Below are positions 49,504-63,586 of a stretch of DNA of 64,000 bases, in pieces. Origin of the DNA: Lama glama (taxonomy: Eukaryota); the NCBI GenBank assembly GCA_028534125.1, contig CM052817.1, positions 2,668,001-2,732,000 on the forward strand. The letters are read 5' to 3'. The notes under the pieces were generated by a model. The model worked only from the letters and a program-made list of their open reading frames with translations, ran no database searches and was not told the origin of the DNA. Each line of letters begins with the position of its first letter. Position 1 is the stretch's first letter. The translations under genes and the position numbers were made by a program.

Positions 49504-52500
49504 GGCTGCCGGTGCCCCAGATGAGCTCACCCATTTCAGAGAGCGCCTTGGCTGCTGGCCCAGGGTCCCTCGGAGGGTGGGCACGCTGCGCCCAGAATGA
49601 GATTTCAGTGTGTTCCCACCGCCCAGAGGGAAAAGGCCACAGGAGTAGGGACAGTGTATGTGTCTGGGGAAACCACGGGCGTGTGGTTGCGGACGACTCG
49701 CGACGGAAGGGAAGCCAGGAGACCTGTGTGAGGCTGGCCTGGGAGCTGGCGGGCCGCTCTCTGCCTTTCCCTTCCCCCAGCGTGGGGGTGGGGGCTGGAG
49801 CCAGGCGGTGGGCCTGAGGGTCAGGCCACCCACTGTCAGGGCTGCAGACTCAGGGTCCCCCCCAAACCCCCACCCCAGCTCCAGGGCGCACGGGGCCCCT
49901 GCCAGGGACGAACTACAGGCCGCGTACAACCTACGCCGTTCATCTGATTCCAGAGGTGGGATTTGCCCCAGTTTCCGGTGGGGACCCTGGTACTCCAGGC
50001 CTCCAGTGACCAGCCTGCAGCCCGCGTGCATCCACTGCCCCTCAGGGAGGGGCTCCCGGGCTGGGGCTGCAGCTGCTCCGGAGCTGACCTTCTGTGAGTC
50101 TAAAGGAGGCCCTGGGACTGCTGAGCGCCAAAGGGTGTGGACGAGGAGCCGGCTGCCTGTGTTCTGTTTGGGTGGTCTGGTGTGAAGTCGTCCTTCCAGA
50201 AGTTTCCTTCCCCCGCCCCCTCCAGTCCCTCCCAGCCACCTTCCTGAGACTGAGGTCTGCAGAGATAGCAGAGGCCTAAGAACCAGTGTGGTGGTTCTGT
50301 CTGGATGCTTGGTGGGCAGGTGTCCTGAGTCACACTCGTGACAGTGTTAGAAGTAGAAAACACGAAGGGCTTGGGATGGTCAGTCCCCTCCAGGAACCGC
50401 GAGCATCCGGCCTCCCCAAGAGTATGTTTCCGGAGAGCCACTCGGGGAGGACAATGTGCTCCCAGAGAGGCAGTTCCAGGAAGGATGCCCTGCTCCCAGA
50501 CACGCCCTCGGGGAGGCCGGAGGCCCACAGGCCTGGTCACACCTCTGCAGGACCCTCACCTCTCCGCCTCCTCAGTGTCCCCATCTGCCATCTCCATGAC
50601 GGTGACAGCTCTGCGGATGGTGCTTCCCCATCCCTAGGGAACCACCCCTGCTGGCTGGCCCACAGGGAGCACCGGCTGCAGAGAGGACACTTCGCTCAGA
50701 CAGCTGTGACGGGGGCCCAGGCGGGGGACACAAGAGCCCTTTGTGGGGACGGAGGGAAGCAGGCGCAGGCATCCTTTCCAGCTGTTGGCATCAGACGGTG
50801 TCTGGTCTGTGTTTACTTGCCGTCTCCCCACAACCAGGCTGGAGAAGCGCCCCCCGTGGTCCGGCCACCAGGGAGAGATTTCCTTTCCCTGCTGCGCTCC
50901 AGGACCACAGTGGTTTCAAGTCTCAGCCCTGGACAAGGGTGCCACGCTTCCCCGAAGCAACCTTGAAAACTCTGGGATGATGTGCTCCGAGAGGCAGGAG
51001 AGAGGCTGTGGCAGCCAACATCCACCAGCACAGCATCCCCCAGCACCCCTGAGCCTCCACCCCCACCCTTCACCTCCACCCAGCCCCACCCTATCCCACC
51101 CCTACCCCGCCCGCCCAGCCCCACCCTTGCACCATCAACCATCTAACAAATACCCAATAAGCATTTGCTTCATGCTGGTCTCTGAGCGAGTGAGTACATA
51201 GGGGTGCCTAACACTGTTTGGAACTGCCCCGCTGTACATGTGCTTTGCTGCAGGTCCTCACCGCCGCCGACTGTCTCTCAGGGACTGTGGGCACAAAGTC
51301 CAAACAGTTGCCGTGGAGGGGTGTGAACACAGCTGCCACTGCCACCGGCTGCCACCCCTGGGGCCCAGTGTCTCCAAATCCAGCAGAGATGCAGCCCTTG
51401 GCCCTGGAAGGCCAGGGGAGGCTGCTCCTCCATGCACAGCTCCCCTCGGATGTGCAGCACCCCCCTGCACTGCTGCCCCGGCAGCCCGACCCCTGGCTCA
51501 GGCGGTCTGGGCTTGACCTGACTTCGGGCACCTCAGGTGAGGGGCCAGGTCTGCCCGCTGCCCCAGGGCCTCCCCAGCCCCTCTGGGCCTCTGACCTCCC
51601 CGGAACACGCCACCCTGAGGGGCGGGGAAGGCACTTTTCTCACCAGAGCTCTGAAGGATCATCTCCTAAACTCTCCTGCGGTGGCCCTGGGGCTCTGGGA
51701 CGTCACAGTTACATCCCCATAGGCAAGGCTGGCTCTCAGGCCTGCGACCTGTCCACGGCGACTGATCCGACCCAGATGCGGGGCTCCATCCATCCCGTAC
51801 CGCCAAGCCCTGGCCATTGCGAGGAGCTGCCCTGTGAGGTCACGGCTGTCCTGTTTATTGGCCTGACCCTGGGAGGCCTGCCAGAGAACCTGCAGGGTGG
51901 GCTTGTGAGACAGCCCAGACCCCTAGGCAAGCATCTTGGAAGAGAGGCCTCCTGGCAAACTCTGACAATACTCTTGGCAAATTCCCTGCCTCCCTCCAGG
52001 CAGCACGTTAACCACTCAGGTGCCACTGAGCTGTTGCCCGAGCTGAGCTGTGGGGGTGGGGCTGCCCCTTGGTGATGCAGTCTCTGTGCCGTACAATGAG
52101 GCTGTGCCCGGCCCCTCCTCTGTGACCTGTTGAACCCTACTCCCCCAAATTTCAGTGAGGTATGCTCAGTGAGGTCACGAGACTCACCCCGTGACATGGC
52201 TGTGGGGCCCATCAGACCCACTGTCTCGGGTCCCCTTCTCCGCCAAGTGCTCAGCCCTGAGCCAGGAACAGGGCAGGGCGACTGGGGTCTCCCCTCCTCC
52301 CAGCACGGGGAGGATGGTGATGAGCTGGCTGGTGCAGCCCCTCCGGAGCCCGCAGGCAGAGGCAGACAGAGGGCCACACACGGCAGAACAAGGAATAGGG
52401 GCGGGGGCCAGGAGCACCGTTTCCCTGCTCGGCTGGCACGTTGGGGCCTCGTAAAGCAATTTTTAAAAACTTAACTAAGCGAAACTGACTGTACGTCCAC

Positions 52501-55500
52501 TCGCACTGGATGTCCAGGCACTTCCTCCTTGCTCTGTTCTCACTCCAGCTGCTCGTGGTTCTTACCCAGTGTCCCTCTGCCCCAGCTTCAACCTCTACAT
52601 GCCACAGCCCTGCATTCAGACCTCATACCCTGCTCCGTGACTGTCGAGGTCTCTAGACCAGCATAGACCTGAGCCCATCTCCCCAGGCCCCCGGCCCTCA
52701 CGTGGAAGCCCAAGATCCTGGCCCCTCCGCTGCCGCCCACTGCCCTCTGCAGACCGTTAGGCCTCTGTGTGGGCTGATCCCCTCTGCCTGGAACACCCTT
52801 CCCGCTGCCCTCGAACAGCTCCCACTTGTCCTGAACCCACCGGGACCTTCCTCCTCCGTGCTCCCCGCGCCGCCCCAGGCCGGGCACGTGGTAGGTGCTC
52901 TGTCAGTTTCACAACTTGCTACCTTTGTGCAAACTTTCCACCGCCCCCGCCCCAATTCCATGCGCCTTGAACCATCTTTAGGATGCACTCCCAGGTGGGA
53001 ACTTCCGAGCTGAGGTCCACGCACATGTTTGTCGTTTAACGGTGCATGTAAGTTCCTGATTTATGAAGTCAACAGCAAAGCGCGGGAATGCGGTCACCGG
53101 CTTGCCCTGCCCCACCCCCGCCCCGGCACAGGCACTGCTGCTTCAGAACTTGTAAATTTAATAGGTGGAGAGAAGCCCTGTGACTTCAGTGTGTGTCTGT
53201 GTTTCCCGGCAGCTCAGAGGAGCCTGGCTGAAAGGAGGTTTTGCTCTCCGCTCTCTCTAGGGACTGGCCTTCGTCCCATCCAGTCCCCCCGGAAGGGCTG
53301 TCTGATCTAGAGGCCAGCAGACAAGGAGAGCGCTGGGTCCCCATCTTGCTCGCCCTCTCCTCCCTGTGTCCCGAGCCAGGGACGGGTGCAGCAGCGGGTC
53401 ACCCTCGGCTCCCAGGTACCTGGTCCTGACGAGGCGCTGGGTGCTCCCTCCTGTGGGAGCTCCTCCTCTCCACCCCCCAGTCATGCCCCTCCCTCTGAGC
53501 CAGCACCGGGGGAGCCACCCCACCCCTCAGGAGCAGGTGGGAGCTCCCTGGACTCTCATTCAGGGCCCTACATGGGGCTCCCCACCTTGTTCCCCTCCTG
53601 CCCCTGCAGCCCAGCCACCCCAGGCCACTGACTTCGCCCTCCACCAGCCTCAGCTTGGACCCTCTCTGGGACCTTCCCAACCCTCCGCCCCAGGGCCCTG
53701 ATGTAACACCCCTTCGCTCTGCTTCACCGCAGAGGCCCTTGGGAACCCTGATTTCCTGCGCTGGGCATGGGACGGCAGGGGCAGGGTGAGGGAGGTGGGG
53801 GCTGCCAGATCCAACCTGCGCCTCTCCTGGCTGCGCTGACATCGGAGTCGAGCCTACAGTCCCAGCCTCGGGCTTCCGGGCCCAGGGCCTTTCCCTGTCC
53901 CTTTTCTAGCCTGGACCCAGAGACCCAGAGGGGAGAGAACTTGTGTGTTGGTGTCCTTGGCCCCCAGTCCGGGGCTCAGGCAGGCGACACAAACTCGTGG
54001 GGCCTCCGTTGCCTCACCTGTGAAACAGGGCAACGCCCACTGCCCGGCAGGCAGGGCTGGTGCGAGGACTCGAGGTGACGGGCCCGACTCACGGGAGACG
54101 TTCAGGCAGTGCTGACCCGCCGCGGCTGCACAGTCACAGCGGGGAGGACGCTGCCGTCTGGGCCCTGGGGGCACGGAGGACAGCCCCATGCCCTGCACAC
54201 GCCAGGGCGGCAGCCCGGGGTGGGGGGCAGCATGACTCTGCCACACGGGCCCGGCTCAGCCCTGCCGGAGCGGAGCTCCCGAGAGCCCGAGGGGGACACA
54301 CTGAGCAGCTGCCCTGAGACCCTCTGCCTGTCTTAGCAGATGAAGGAAGGCGGATGTCCAGCTGGCCTGGGTCCGAGGCTGGAGGGGCAGGCCGTCATCC
54401 TGCTGGTCGGGGCGGCCCAGCCTGTGCATGGGAGCACAGCGGCCAGGCCTGCAGGAGGGGGTGGCCCTGGGCCTGGCCCTGAGTTTATAAGCTGAGCCTG
54501 TGGTGTCAGAAGTTTCTCCAAAACCTCCATTCTCTCCTGGTCTTGCAGCTGTTTTTCCTTAAAAAGAAAAACACAGATCCAAACTCAAGCAACAACATGG
54601 ATTTCAGCACTGCGCTCGCCGGGCGGCTGGTGGGTACGTGAGCGACAACAACAGCTATGCTGGAAAACGTTAGCTTGAAGCAGCCCTGGCCCTCTCGGCT
54701 GGAGCTGCTGTGTGGACGGCCAAGGTCTGTCCTCCCACAACCCCGCCGGCCCCCCGGAGGACGGAGGGGCAGCCGAGACCCCCTGCCCGGGGCCCCTGCA
54801 CAGGCTGCTCCCTCTGCCTCCAGCGCTGCCGCCCTCACCGTCCTCCCAGCAGGTCTTCGCAGACCGGCCTCCGCTCTGCTGCCCCGTCCCTGAGCCCCTG
54901 GCGGCCTGCCCATGCTCCTCTCGTGAAAGGGGGCTCTGGGCTTCCCCTCCAGGTCCCTGGAGCCTGGCACGTGGGTGGCAGGTGCGCGGTTAATCTTTGC
55001 TGGCTGGAGGCCTCGCTGTATCGGATGCCTGTGCTTCCTGAGGCACAAGGCCGAGTGGCCAGGGCTGGGCCCCCTGCAGATGCTTCTTCAAAGCTGCATC
55101 CCCCTTCTCAAGGAATCGAGGCACCCTTACTGAGCCCCTGCTAATGTGGGTCACTGAGTTTGTGCAGCCAAACCGACTGTACGGAGCCACACCTCCTCCA
55201 GGGAGCCCTCCTGAGCCCCTGGGTCAGCGCCCTGCTCCATGTTTTCCTCCATCAGAACCCGCCGTGGGCTGGCCACCCTGCCTGTCCTCTCTCTGATGGC
55301 CACTCAGGATGGGGGGCACCGGGAGAGCAGAGAGCACGCCTCCTGCATGGCTGACATCCCTGTGTGCGGGCAGAGTTAGATTAAACCGTTAATACGTAAA
55401 TACACACAATGCCCGACCACGCACTCTGGGCTGAGTGCAGACGGGGCCGGGTGAGGCTGCCGGTGGCGAGGGCAGAGGCAGGGCGACAGCTGGAGGTTCC

Positions 55501-58500
55501 CTGTGGCCCCGCCAGTTGATGGTGGCTCCGAGCAACAGAGGTGGCAAGAAGTTTCTAGATCAGCTGGAGGTGGTGCCTTCAGAAGCTTGAGATGGTGGGA
55601 GAAGGAGGGGTGACAGTCTCCAGGATGCAGACCCCACAGGGGTGACTGAAGGAGGCTGGGAGGCAGATTCAGATGGGCCTGAGCCCAGCCATCTACAACC
55701 TCTCGACTTGGGACAAGTGACAAGTCCCAAGTCTGCATCCTGACGGTGCAGGGGACACACGTGCTGCTGGGCAGGTCTGGGCACAGCAGCTGTGTGGGAA
55801 GCCTTCCACGTACGAATCCAGTCTTGGTGCAGTTCCCCTGAAGTCTTGTCCTCTGATCTGTCCCTGGGCATGCCTTCCTGGAGCTCCCAGGGGTCCTTCT
55901 GGTCCCCCAGCTCCGCCACCACTGCCCTGCTTGTTTCTGTACAACCTCCTGGATCCTGCATCCCTCGACCCGGGGACACTTCACCTGGGCATCTGCAGGT
56001 CCACACCTGCCGCACCTGGGGGTGTCTGAGGAGGGGTGCTCTGTAAATGGAGGCTGGGCTGGGGGAACGTCCTGTGTCCGCAGGGGCCTGGGATCTTTCA
56101 CGCGACCTGAGCCCTGGGATGTAGCCCTCAGCCGCCAAAGCCCAAGCCCGGCGTTCACTCCTGTCAACATCTTCGTTCAGCCCTTTCTAGAAGACAAAGG
56201 AAGCTCATTGGAGACATCAAAGTCTGGGCATCATTTCAGGCTCAGAGAACCTGGTCCAGCAGCTCCTGCCTTCCCTCGTCTCCCCACACCTGCCCCTGGA
56301 TCCTGTCCCTGCCCTGCTGGGACCAGACATGCTCCCTGGTGTGCCCCATCCCCAAGGGTCCCCTGGTCCCATCTCTCCCTGTCGGACCCTCACCCCTGCT
56401 CCTTCTTTCCCACATGGTCTCAGCCTAGGGTCTCCTTCTCCGGGAAGCCTCCCCTGATACACCCTCCTTTCTGGCTGTCGGGTGACCCCCTGCTCCTGCC
56501 CGCCGCCTCCCAGCTGAACTTCGCCTAGCCTTCTTTTTCTTTAATATCTGTTTACAAAACAAGTCTAGAATGCTTGTCATGCCAGACTCCACTGTAACAC
56601 CTTACAGATAGTAACGTACTTCATCTCCAGTTAGTCTCCCATTCACAGAGGAGCACACCTGAAGCGCAGAGAGGGCAGGACACCTGCTCAGCATCACACA
56701 GCCGGCAGGAAGCAGAGTTGGAATTTAGACCAGCACCCGGTGCTTGCATCTGGGGGCAGCCTCTGTCCTTGCCTGCCCACTGCCTGTCTTCCCCACGGCT
56801 CCCTAGGCAGGGCCATGTCTGCCTGGCCCACAGCAGGGTGGGGGCTCATAACGCAGGATACGATTAGATACGATTCTCCCCACATCCCAGGTGAGAAAAC
56901 TGAGCCCCAGACAGATGGTGTTCCTTATATGTCCCTAGAGGCCATGTCCAGACCAGCTCAAGGCCATGGCTGGGTGAGGGAGGTCAGTCTCTCAACTTCA
57001 CTGAGCCTCACTGTTCTTAACCGAAAGTGACACCCCAACCTTGCATGACTGGGGTGAGAATGAAGCCCTATAAACCAAGGAACCCTGAACTTTAACCTCC
57101 CCAGGTGTCTGCTTGAATGTGAGTCCCAAGTAGGTAGATCTGGGGGTGCAGCTGGTGATTCCCTTGTCAGGAAGCTCTCCGGTGACACCAGACTGCCTGA
57201 ACGCGGTCACGCTCTGAGCAGCAGGGACACGGCCCATGATAGGACGCAGCACAGCAAGCCCCCCGAGCTGGCCCCTCACCCCACACCTGACCAGCCGGCT
57301 CACGCCCAGGGCCGCGGGCACGTTAGGGATGGCCAGACAGAATGCTTTGTGCGGCCGAGGGCTCACAGAGACAAAGCAAAGTGTTCACAGCTGTTGTTGG
57401 AAACACAGGTTTTGCCAGTATTTTGGAGGAAACTAGCCCAAAGCCCAGAGGACAGCTGGGGCCAGTGAGCATGCTTCTGCGCCCCCGCCCCCACCGACTC
57501 CCTGTCGGGGAAGGGGTTGTTTGTTCCCACGCGGGGGTGGAGGGGCAGGCGTGTTTCTCCCAGAATACAAATGAGTCTTGGCCTTTGCTCGCGTGTCCTT
57601 CAAGTGGGAAAAACTGGCTTTGCATCTGGTGGAAGTGGGAAGACAGAGTCCCCGGCATGGTGTGAGGGGGCCAAGCCAGCTCACAGCTCGGACCATCAGG
57701 GGTCGCCCAGGCTCGTGTCCACGGGCCCTGACCTGAGGGTCTCCAGTTCAGATCAAGACCAGGTGCGAGTGACGTCCTGCCCGGGGCCCCACGCCAGCCC
57801 GGCCTTGCTGACGTCGCTTCCCCATGCACCTCGGGGCCCACGGGCAAGGGTCTTCCTCCGGAGCTGTGATGGGGGTGGACACGCCCACAGAGCGGGTACC
57901 CCCACACTGCCTGTTGGGCCCTAAGACCTCCACCTCCACCAGGGAATCCAGAGCCCTCAAACCTCATTCCTCCTCCCTTCCTCCTGCTTCTCAGGTGAGG
58001 CAGGGTCTCTGTGCCCCTCCTGGGGCGACTTCCCGCAAGCTGCTTCCTTATCCATGGCTTACAGGAAAACTTTTTCTTTAAGTCCTTTTTTTTTTTTCTT
58101 TTTTAAATCGAAGTTGTGCGTGCATGTAATCTAAGGAGTGAAAGAGTTCCCAGGGCTTGTTATAAAAAACAATCCCCTCCCCCACCCCCAGTTGTTCTTC
58201 CCCAGCGGCAACCACTTCCTCTTTCAAAAAACTAATTCTTTTGGTATTTATGTCTGTATTCCTAAAGAACATTCTTGTATTCATCCTTCTTGTTTTTTCA
58301 GCTTAGTCAGTATCTACTGACTTCCTTTATGGAGGAGAGATGTAAGTTTCTCTGTCCCCTGCCCTCCGCCCACCCCCACCCCAAACACACACACCTCCTT
58401 CCCCATCACAGCCCCTGCACCGCAAAGAGTGTGTTTGAGTAAGATCCGCTGTGAGTAGAAAATGGAGCTCACGCAGAGCCAGGTAATGTACTGTAATTAC

Positions 58501-61500
58501 TTTTCCTGTCTGCCTTACCTTTTTCCCCCTACAGTTATTAGTCGCTGTGTTATTTTATCTGTTTTTTTCTTTAATGTGCTTATTGTTACTATAACACCAA
58601 ACCCTCTGCCTCTTGTCTAAACCTCCAACCCTCAGACACAGAAAAAGGTGGGCGGAGGCCAGTTTTGCAGGAAGTACTCATCTTCCAGTTGGCAACAGAG
58701 CCATTGTCAAGTCCAAAGCCATCCTGATTCCTGATTCTTTATGTGTGATCTTCCCGCTTGGATTACTTACTCAAAAAGAAAAATAAGTTTTAAAAATAAA
58801 GTAGTTTTTGAATAGACTCATTTGGCCCTCACTCCTGCATCTTTCAAATGAGCAAAAGCAAGTCTTAGTTTTATTGATGGTGGTAGAAGCTGACTTCACA
58901 CTCCAGAGTGATCTCAGGAGTAAATCATGGCTGTGTCTTCCATCTAGTGTGGAGCCACGGCTATTATGAATTTCATGGCCATGACTCTCACTCATGCTGG
59001 CCTGTGCATGTGGAACGAGCTGCGTGGAGTGCCTGGCGCCCCATGGGTCCTGAGCAGGTAGCGCTGTCAGCCCCTGTCCCAGTGGGGCACCGGCGTCCTC
59101 CCATCTGCCAGCCGCAGCACACACCTGGCCCCGGGCTGCCTCCGCATCAGCCCCCTCTTGGGTCTCCAGGGCCCCTCAGCGAGTGAGAGCTGACTGCATC
59201 TCTCCCAGCTCGGGGTGGAGTGGGAGGCACACAGGGCCCCTGATGTTGCAGGTGACCCTCCGAGGGAGGCCGACTGTGCCCTCCTCCTGTCTACCTTGGG
59301 TCTGAGCGGGATTGCCCTGGCTGTGAGCACAGGTTAGAAGGTTAAAATTACAGGGCCCCTCTCATAGTCCAGCTTGATCCCTTGGGCCTCAGTTTCTACA
59401 GCTGTAAAATGGGGAGAAGAGAGCTATTCTGAAAATTAAAGCAATAACTAGATGTGGTTTGATGAGCACTTAGTGACACACAGTGAGTCCTCATGCTCAC
59501 TGTCGGACTGTCTGTCAAGGAGCCAGGGCCTCTGGGTGGCCCAGATGCTTGTGACACACAGACCCCCACCTTGAGGCTCTGCCCCGAAAGGCCCCAGGCT
59601 TGTCTCCAGGGAACCTGAGCCTGGTGCAGACCGCAGCCCCCTCAGCCCTGGCCCCAGAACCGCGGCCTTCTGGGACACGGGGCCTCCCACCAAGAAGGGC
59701 TTTTTTGCCAGCTCCCTCTGGTTCTCATTAGGACCTGCCGCATCCCCCGCCCCTCCCGGTTGGGCAGTGTCACTCCTCACAGTCCTCTTGGGACCATCAT
59801 GGCTCAACGAGTTCCATCAGCCCATCAGGGTCAAACCAAGGGACCCACACCTTCCAGGAAGGAGGCGGAAGAGCCTCACGTGTACTTGGGGCCCGAGAGC
59901 AAGCCTGGGCTGGGCCACGCTGGCCGTGGACCCTACGGGTGTGGGGGAGGTTTGCGTAGGAAGCCTCTCTCGCAGGCAGGTGAGTGTGGCTAGAGAGGCG
60001 GACCCCGTGGAGGAGACCAGCAGAGGCTGGAACCCTGGGAAAAGAAGTCAGTCCTTACCCTGAGGGTCCCAGGGGCCACCGGACAGTGCGCATGTCCTGG
60101 ATGCGGGGTTGAGGTGGCGGGTGGTGTCCAGAATGGTTTCTGTAACTGGGATGGATGAGCAGGCGGGGCTGCCGCGTGGAGGTGTCTAGGAGGTCTCTGG
60201 GTACCTGGCCAGGTGCTGGGCGGAGGGCTCCCTCTGTGTCCCCGAGGCCTGCCTGGGGTGCTCTGAGCACCCTTTCCTAGATCACACCTCCCGGGTCTCC
60301 GTCCCCGGGTTTCTCTCTTCCCAGGGTCCCCCTGCGGTCCTCCACACCCCCACCCCAACCCCCGCTCCATGAGTGCATTTTGTGAGGAGGGTGGTTTTCC
60401 TCTGCGTCAGCTTTGCTGTGTGGTTGCAGTTACTGGTGACCTCCGGACTGCCCGCCCCTTCTGCCCCCAGACTCATCCCCCACCCCTCTCCCAGGGCTGC
60501 AGGGGGGCCCAGGCCACCAGGCCATTCCAGGTCACCCCTCACTCCTGCCTGATGTGCTTTAGCGGCTCCTGCTTTAAAACAGGCAGGTTGATGCCACTGT
60601 GATCTGGTCCCCCGGGAGCCCTGGGGAGACTGAGGCCTGGGGTCCCTCTGAGGCCACTGGGCTGTCCGTGTCTGTGGGTCCCAGGCAGCCTGGGGCTGCC
60701 CTGCCTGCACCCCTTCCCAGTGCAGGTCGCCTGGCCGTGCGCCGGGCCCCTCACGTGAAGCCCAGCAAGGAGGCTTCCTCACAGGGCTTGTGGGGCCACG
60801 CGGCTGAAGCCCTGACAGCCCGCTGCTCGCGAGTGACGTGTGTCCCATCCTTGGTGTGCAGACCTTTTGCAGATGTGCCAGCTGGCTGATGGCTGAGGCC
60901 TCCCCAGGCCCTGCCTGCCTGGCCCTCTCTGCCCAGTGCTGTCCATTCACAGGCCGGTGTGCGACTCTCCATGCACTGTCTCAGCTGCAGGGGTTTTATT
61001 GCAAACAGTGAAGCCCTCTGTCCCCATGACCTCATCTTTCTGCCCGCTTCCCTCAGTCCCCCGGCAGGAGGCCAGCTCAGTTTTCTCTCCTGCTGCACAG
61101 GTTGAGGCTGTGGCCCCGAGTCGGGAAGGGGCTGGGCGGGGCCGACTGGTGCCCTCACCCCAGATCCCTACCTGGGAAGCCAGCTCACTGCACCTCCAGT
61201 CTCCCCAAAGGCCTGCATTCTGCACTGCCAGCTCCCCCTCCTGAGCCCTCACCTCGCGGGCACCAGAGCCGGGCCCAGCACAGACACTACCTCACACGCC
61301 CAGGGCTGCCAGCTGCGGGACCACGGCCACGGCCAGCTGGCCAGTCTAGGAGACAGGACAGTAACTCCTGAGTCTGCAGGCAGTGGGGTCCGTTCAGGTC
61401 TCAGACTCGGGCTAGACGGCGGCCTGCTGTGTGCACCTGCGGGCCGTGGGGCAGGAGGTGCGCGGGGTGCTGGACCTCTAGCCCGAGGGTGGTCTCAGAG

Positions 61501-63390
61501 CCTCTTCACAGTGATCCTGAGGGATAGAGCCCATACCCACTTGACAGATGAGAAAACTGAGGCCCAAGAGGTAGACTGACTAATTCAGGGTCTCAGAGCC
61601 GTGGGTGGAAGAGTCAGAACGCACTTCTGATGGCAGGAGGCCCAATGACCTTCTGAAACGCCACCACGCGTGGAGCCTGCTGGAGCCTTTCACGCAGTGA
61701 GAAGAGGGACAGGTCGCTGTATTCTCTGGTCCAGAAGGCCAAGGCCGAGGCTTGAGCCCAGCGCAGGGTGGGGGTGAGGAGTGAGGCACCGAGTACAGCA
61801 TCTAAGGAGGCTGTGCTCCCTCTCGGGCGTCAGCCCTGAGAGCAGGCACCTCCTCCAGCGCCGCTCCCAGTGCCTCGCTCTCCCTATCTGGTCCCCGGGG
61901 AGTCGGGGGTGGAGGGGCGGGGGGCTGGGGTGGGCGTGGCCGGGGCAACGGGCCTGCTGAGGATGTGCAGGCAGGACAAGGCGTCCAGGACTCCGGGCCT
62001 CGGCCTTCCAGGGTTGGTCTGGTCTCCCGCTGAGGAGTCTGCCCCCCGGTTCTAGGAGTAACTCCCTGGAGGGCTGCGCTGTGAAAATACTCTTGGCTTA
62101 ATTGAAGTTTTGGCTAAATGCCATTCCCTTCTTTCTGACTGAGGAGCCACATCGTCTCACCGGATGGGCCACGGCCTCGGGCGTGCTGCCCACACCAGCC
62201 GGCCCGGCTGCCTGAGACAGGGCCTCGGTCCCCCTCTCCTCCCACTCCCACCCTCAGCTGGCAGGTGTCTGGACCACACAGCCCCTCTGTGTGCCAGCTC
62301 TGTTCAGGGCACTGTCCTGCTGGGGCCGGAGCTTGGGAGGTGCTAACGGGTCCCAGTTCCCAGTGGCTCATGCTGGGCTGGACTAGGTGGGTGCCCAGGG
62401 CACTGGCTAATGAGGCGCCTGCTCTCGGGTCAGGGGCGCAGACACAGGGCTGTGACCTGGGCATCGCAGGTGCAGCCTGATGCTGGGCCGCTGGCTGTGG
62501 CCCCTGGGGCTTTGGGGCCCAGAGAGGGCAGAGGCATTTGGCCTGGGCTGCCGGGCAGTCTCCAACCTGCCACGAGTGTGGATGGAGGGTCACCCAACAC
62601 TAGGGGCCTGGCCTCCTGCCCTTGGGCAGCCCAGGCCCCCTCCCCTCACCCAGCCCCCGTGTGCCTGCCTGGGCCCTGTCCCTGGCACTCCCAGGCCTGG
62701 CACTCCTTCCCCGGCGCCATCGGCTAGCCTCTTACTTTCCTGAGAAGTCATGGACGAAGAATTCAGGCCTGTGATCTGCCTCCCTGTCCTCTCAGGTCTC
62801 CCCAGTTGCGCCTCCCCCCAGGCTGACCCTCCTCCCGCCTCTCCACTTGCCCCTGCTGCTCCCCAACCACCAGCCACAGTCAGTGTCTCGCAACCCTCCT
62901 GACTGTTTCCTGGTCGGGCTCAGTGCTGGGGCCCATGTCTGGGTGCCCAGCATGAGACAGACCCTGCCAGGATGCAGCACCTCCCCTCTCCCATGGGGTG
63001 TCACTCTTCTTCCCAGGGGGCTGCGCACTGTGTCTCCTCCTCTAGGAACCCGACTTGGGGGCCTGCATGGCTCCCGGGCCCCGTGTGGAGATTGGACCCC
63101 GGTGACCTGGCCCGGCCCCCAGGGAGCATTATCTCGACGTGGCGGGCATCACACCTTCATTTGCTCACTTGCGACCTCTGAGTCAGGCACCACTATGAGT
63201 CTGGGCTGCCGACGCTTGACCCTCACGCCAGCAGGGTGTGGTGAGAATCCACTCAGTGACTGGGGAGGATGGGAAGGAATGGACGGGAGCTGTGACCTGA
63301 CTCTGGTGAGATCAGACTGAGCCAGGTTTGGCTGTTGGGTTAAAAGACAGGCAGAAGCAGTCTGTGCGGTTAGAAGTCAGCACAGACGAG

Positions 63391-63586
63391 AGGAGGCTTT
63401 CCCAGCCTCAGCACTGTGCGCACTGGGGCCGGGTGATTCTGTCTGGGGACCATCCTGTGCATGGGATGCTGAGCCGCATCCCAGGCCTCTGACGCCAGCA
63501 GTCCACTCTCGGTTGTGACAACATATATGTCTGCACTCATTGCCCGGTGCCCCTGGGGCAACACTGCCCCTGCTGAGAGCCACTGG
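63391..63586 (-). mobile_element. MER20-like hAT DNA transposon
   Basis: cctcagcactgt...tcctgtgcat...gcatcccaggcctct...gttgtgacaac...cccctgggg...gctgagagccactg. Confidence 0.75.

Noticed and set aside
46500..61610. Several MIR-like fragments (~46505, ~56640, ~59380, ~61530) and L1-like AT-rich DNA at ~58100-58600
   Set aside because: Probably real ancient repeats, but too degenerate to bound reliably by eye and not unusual.
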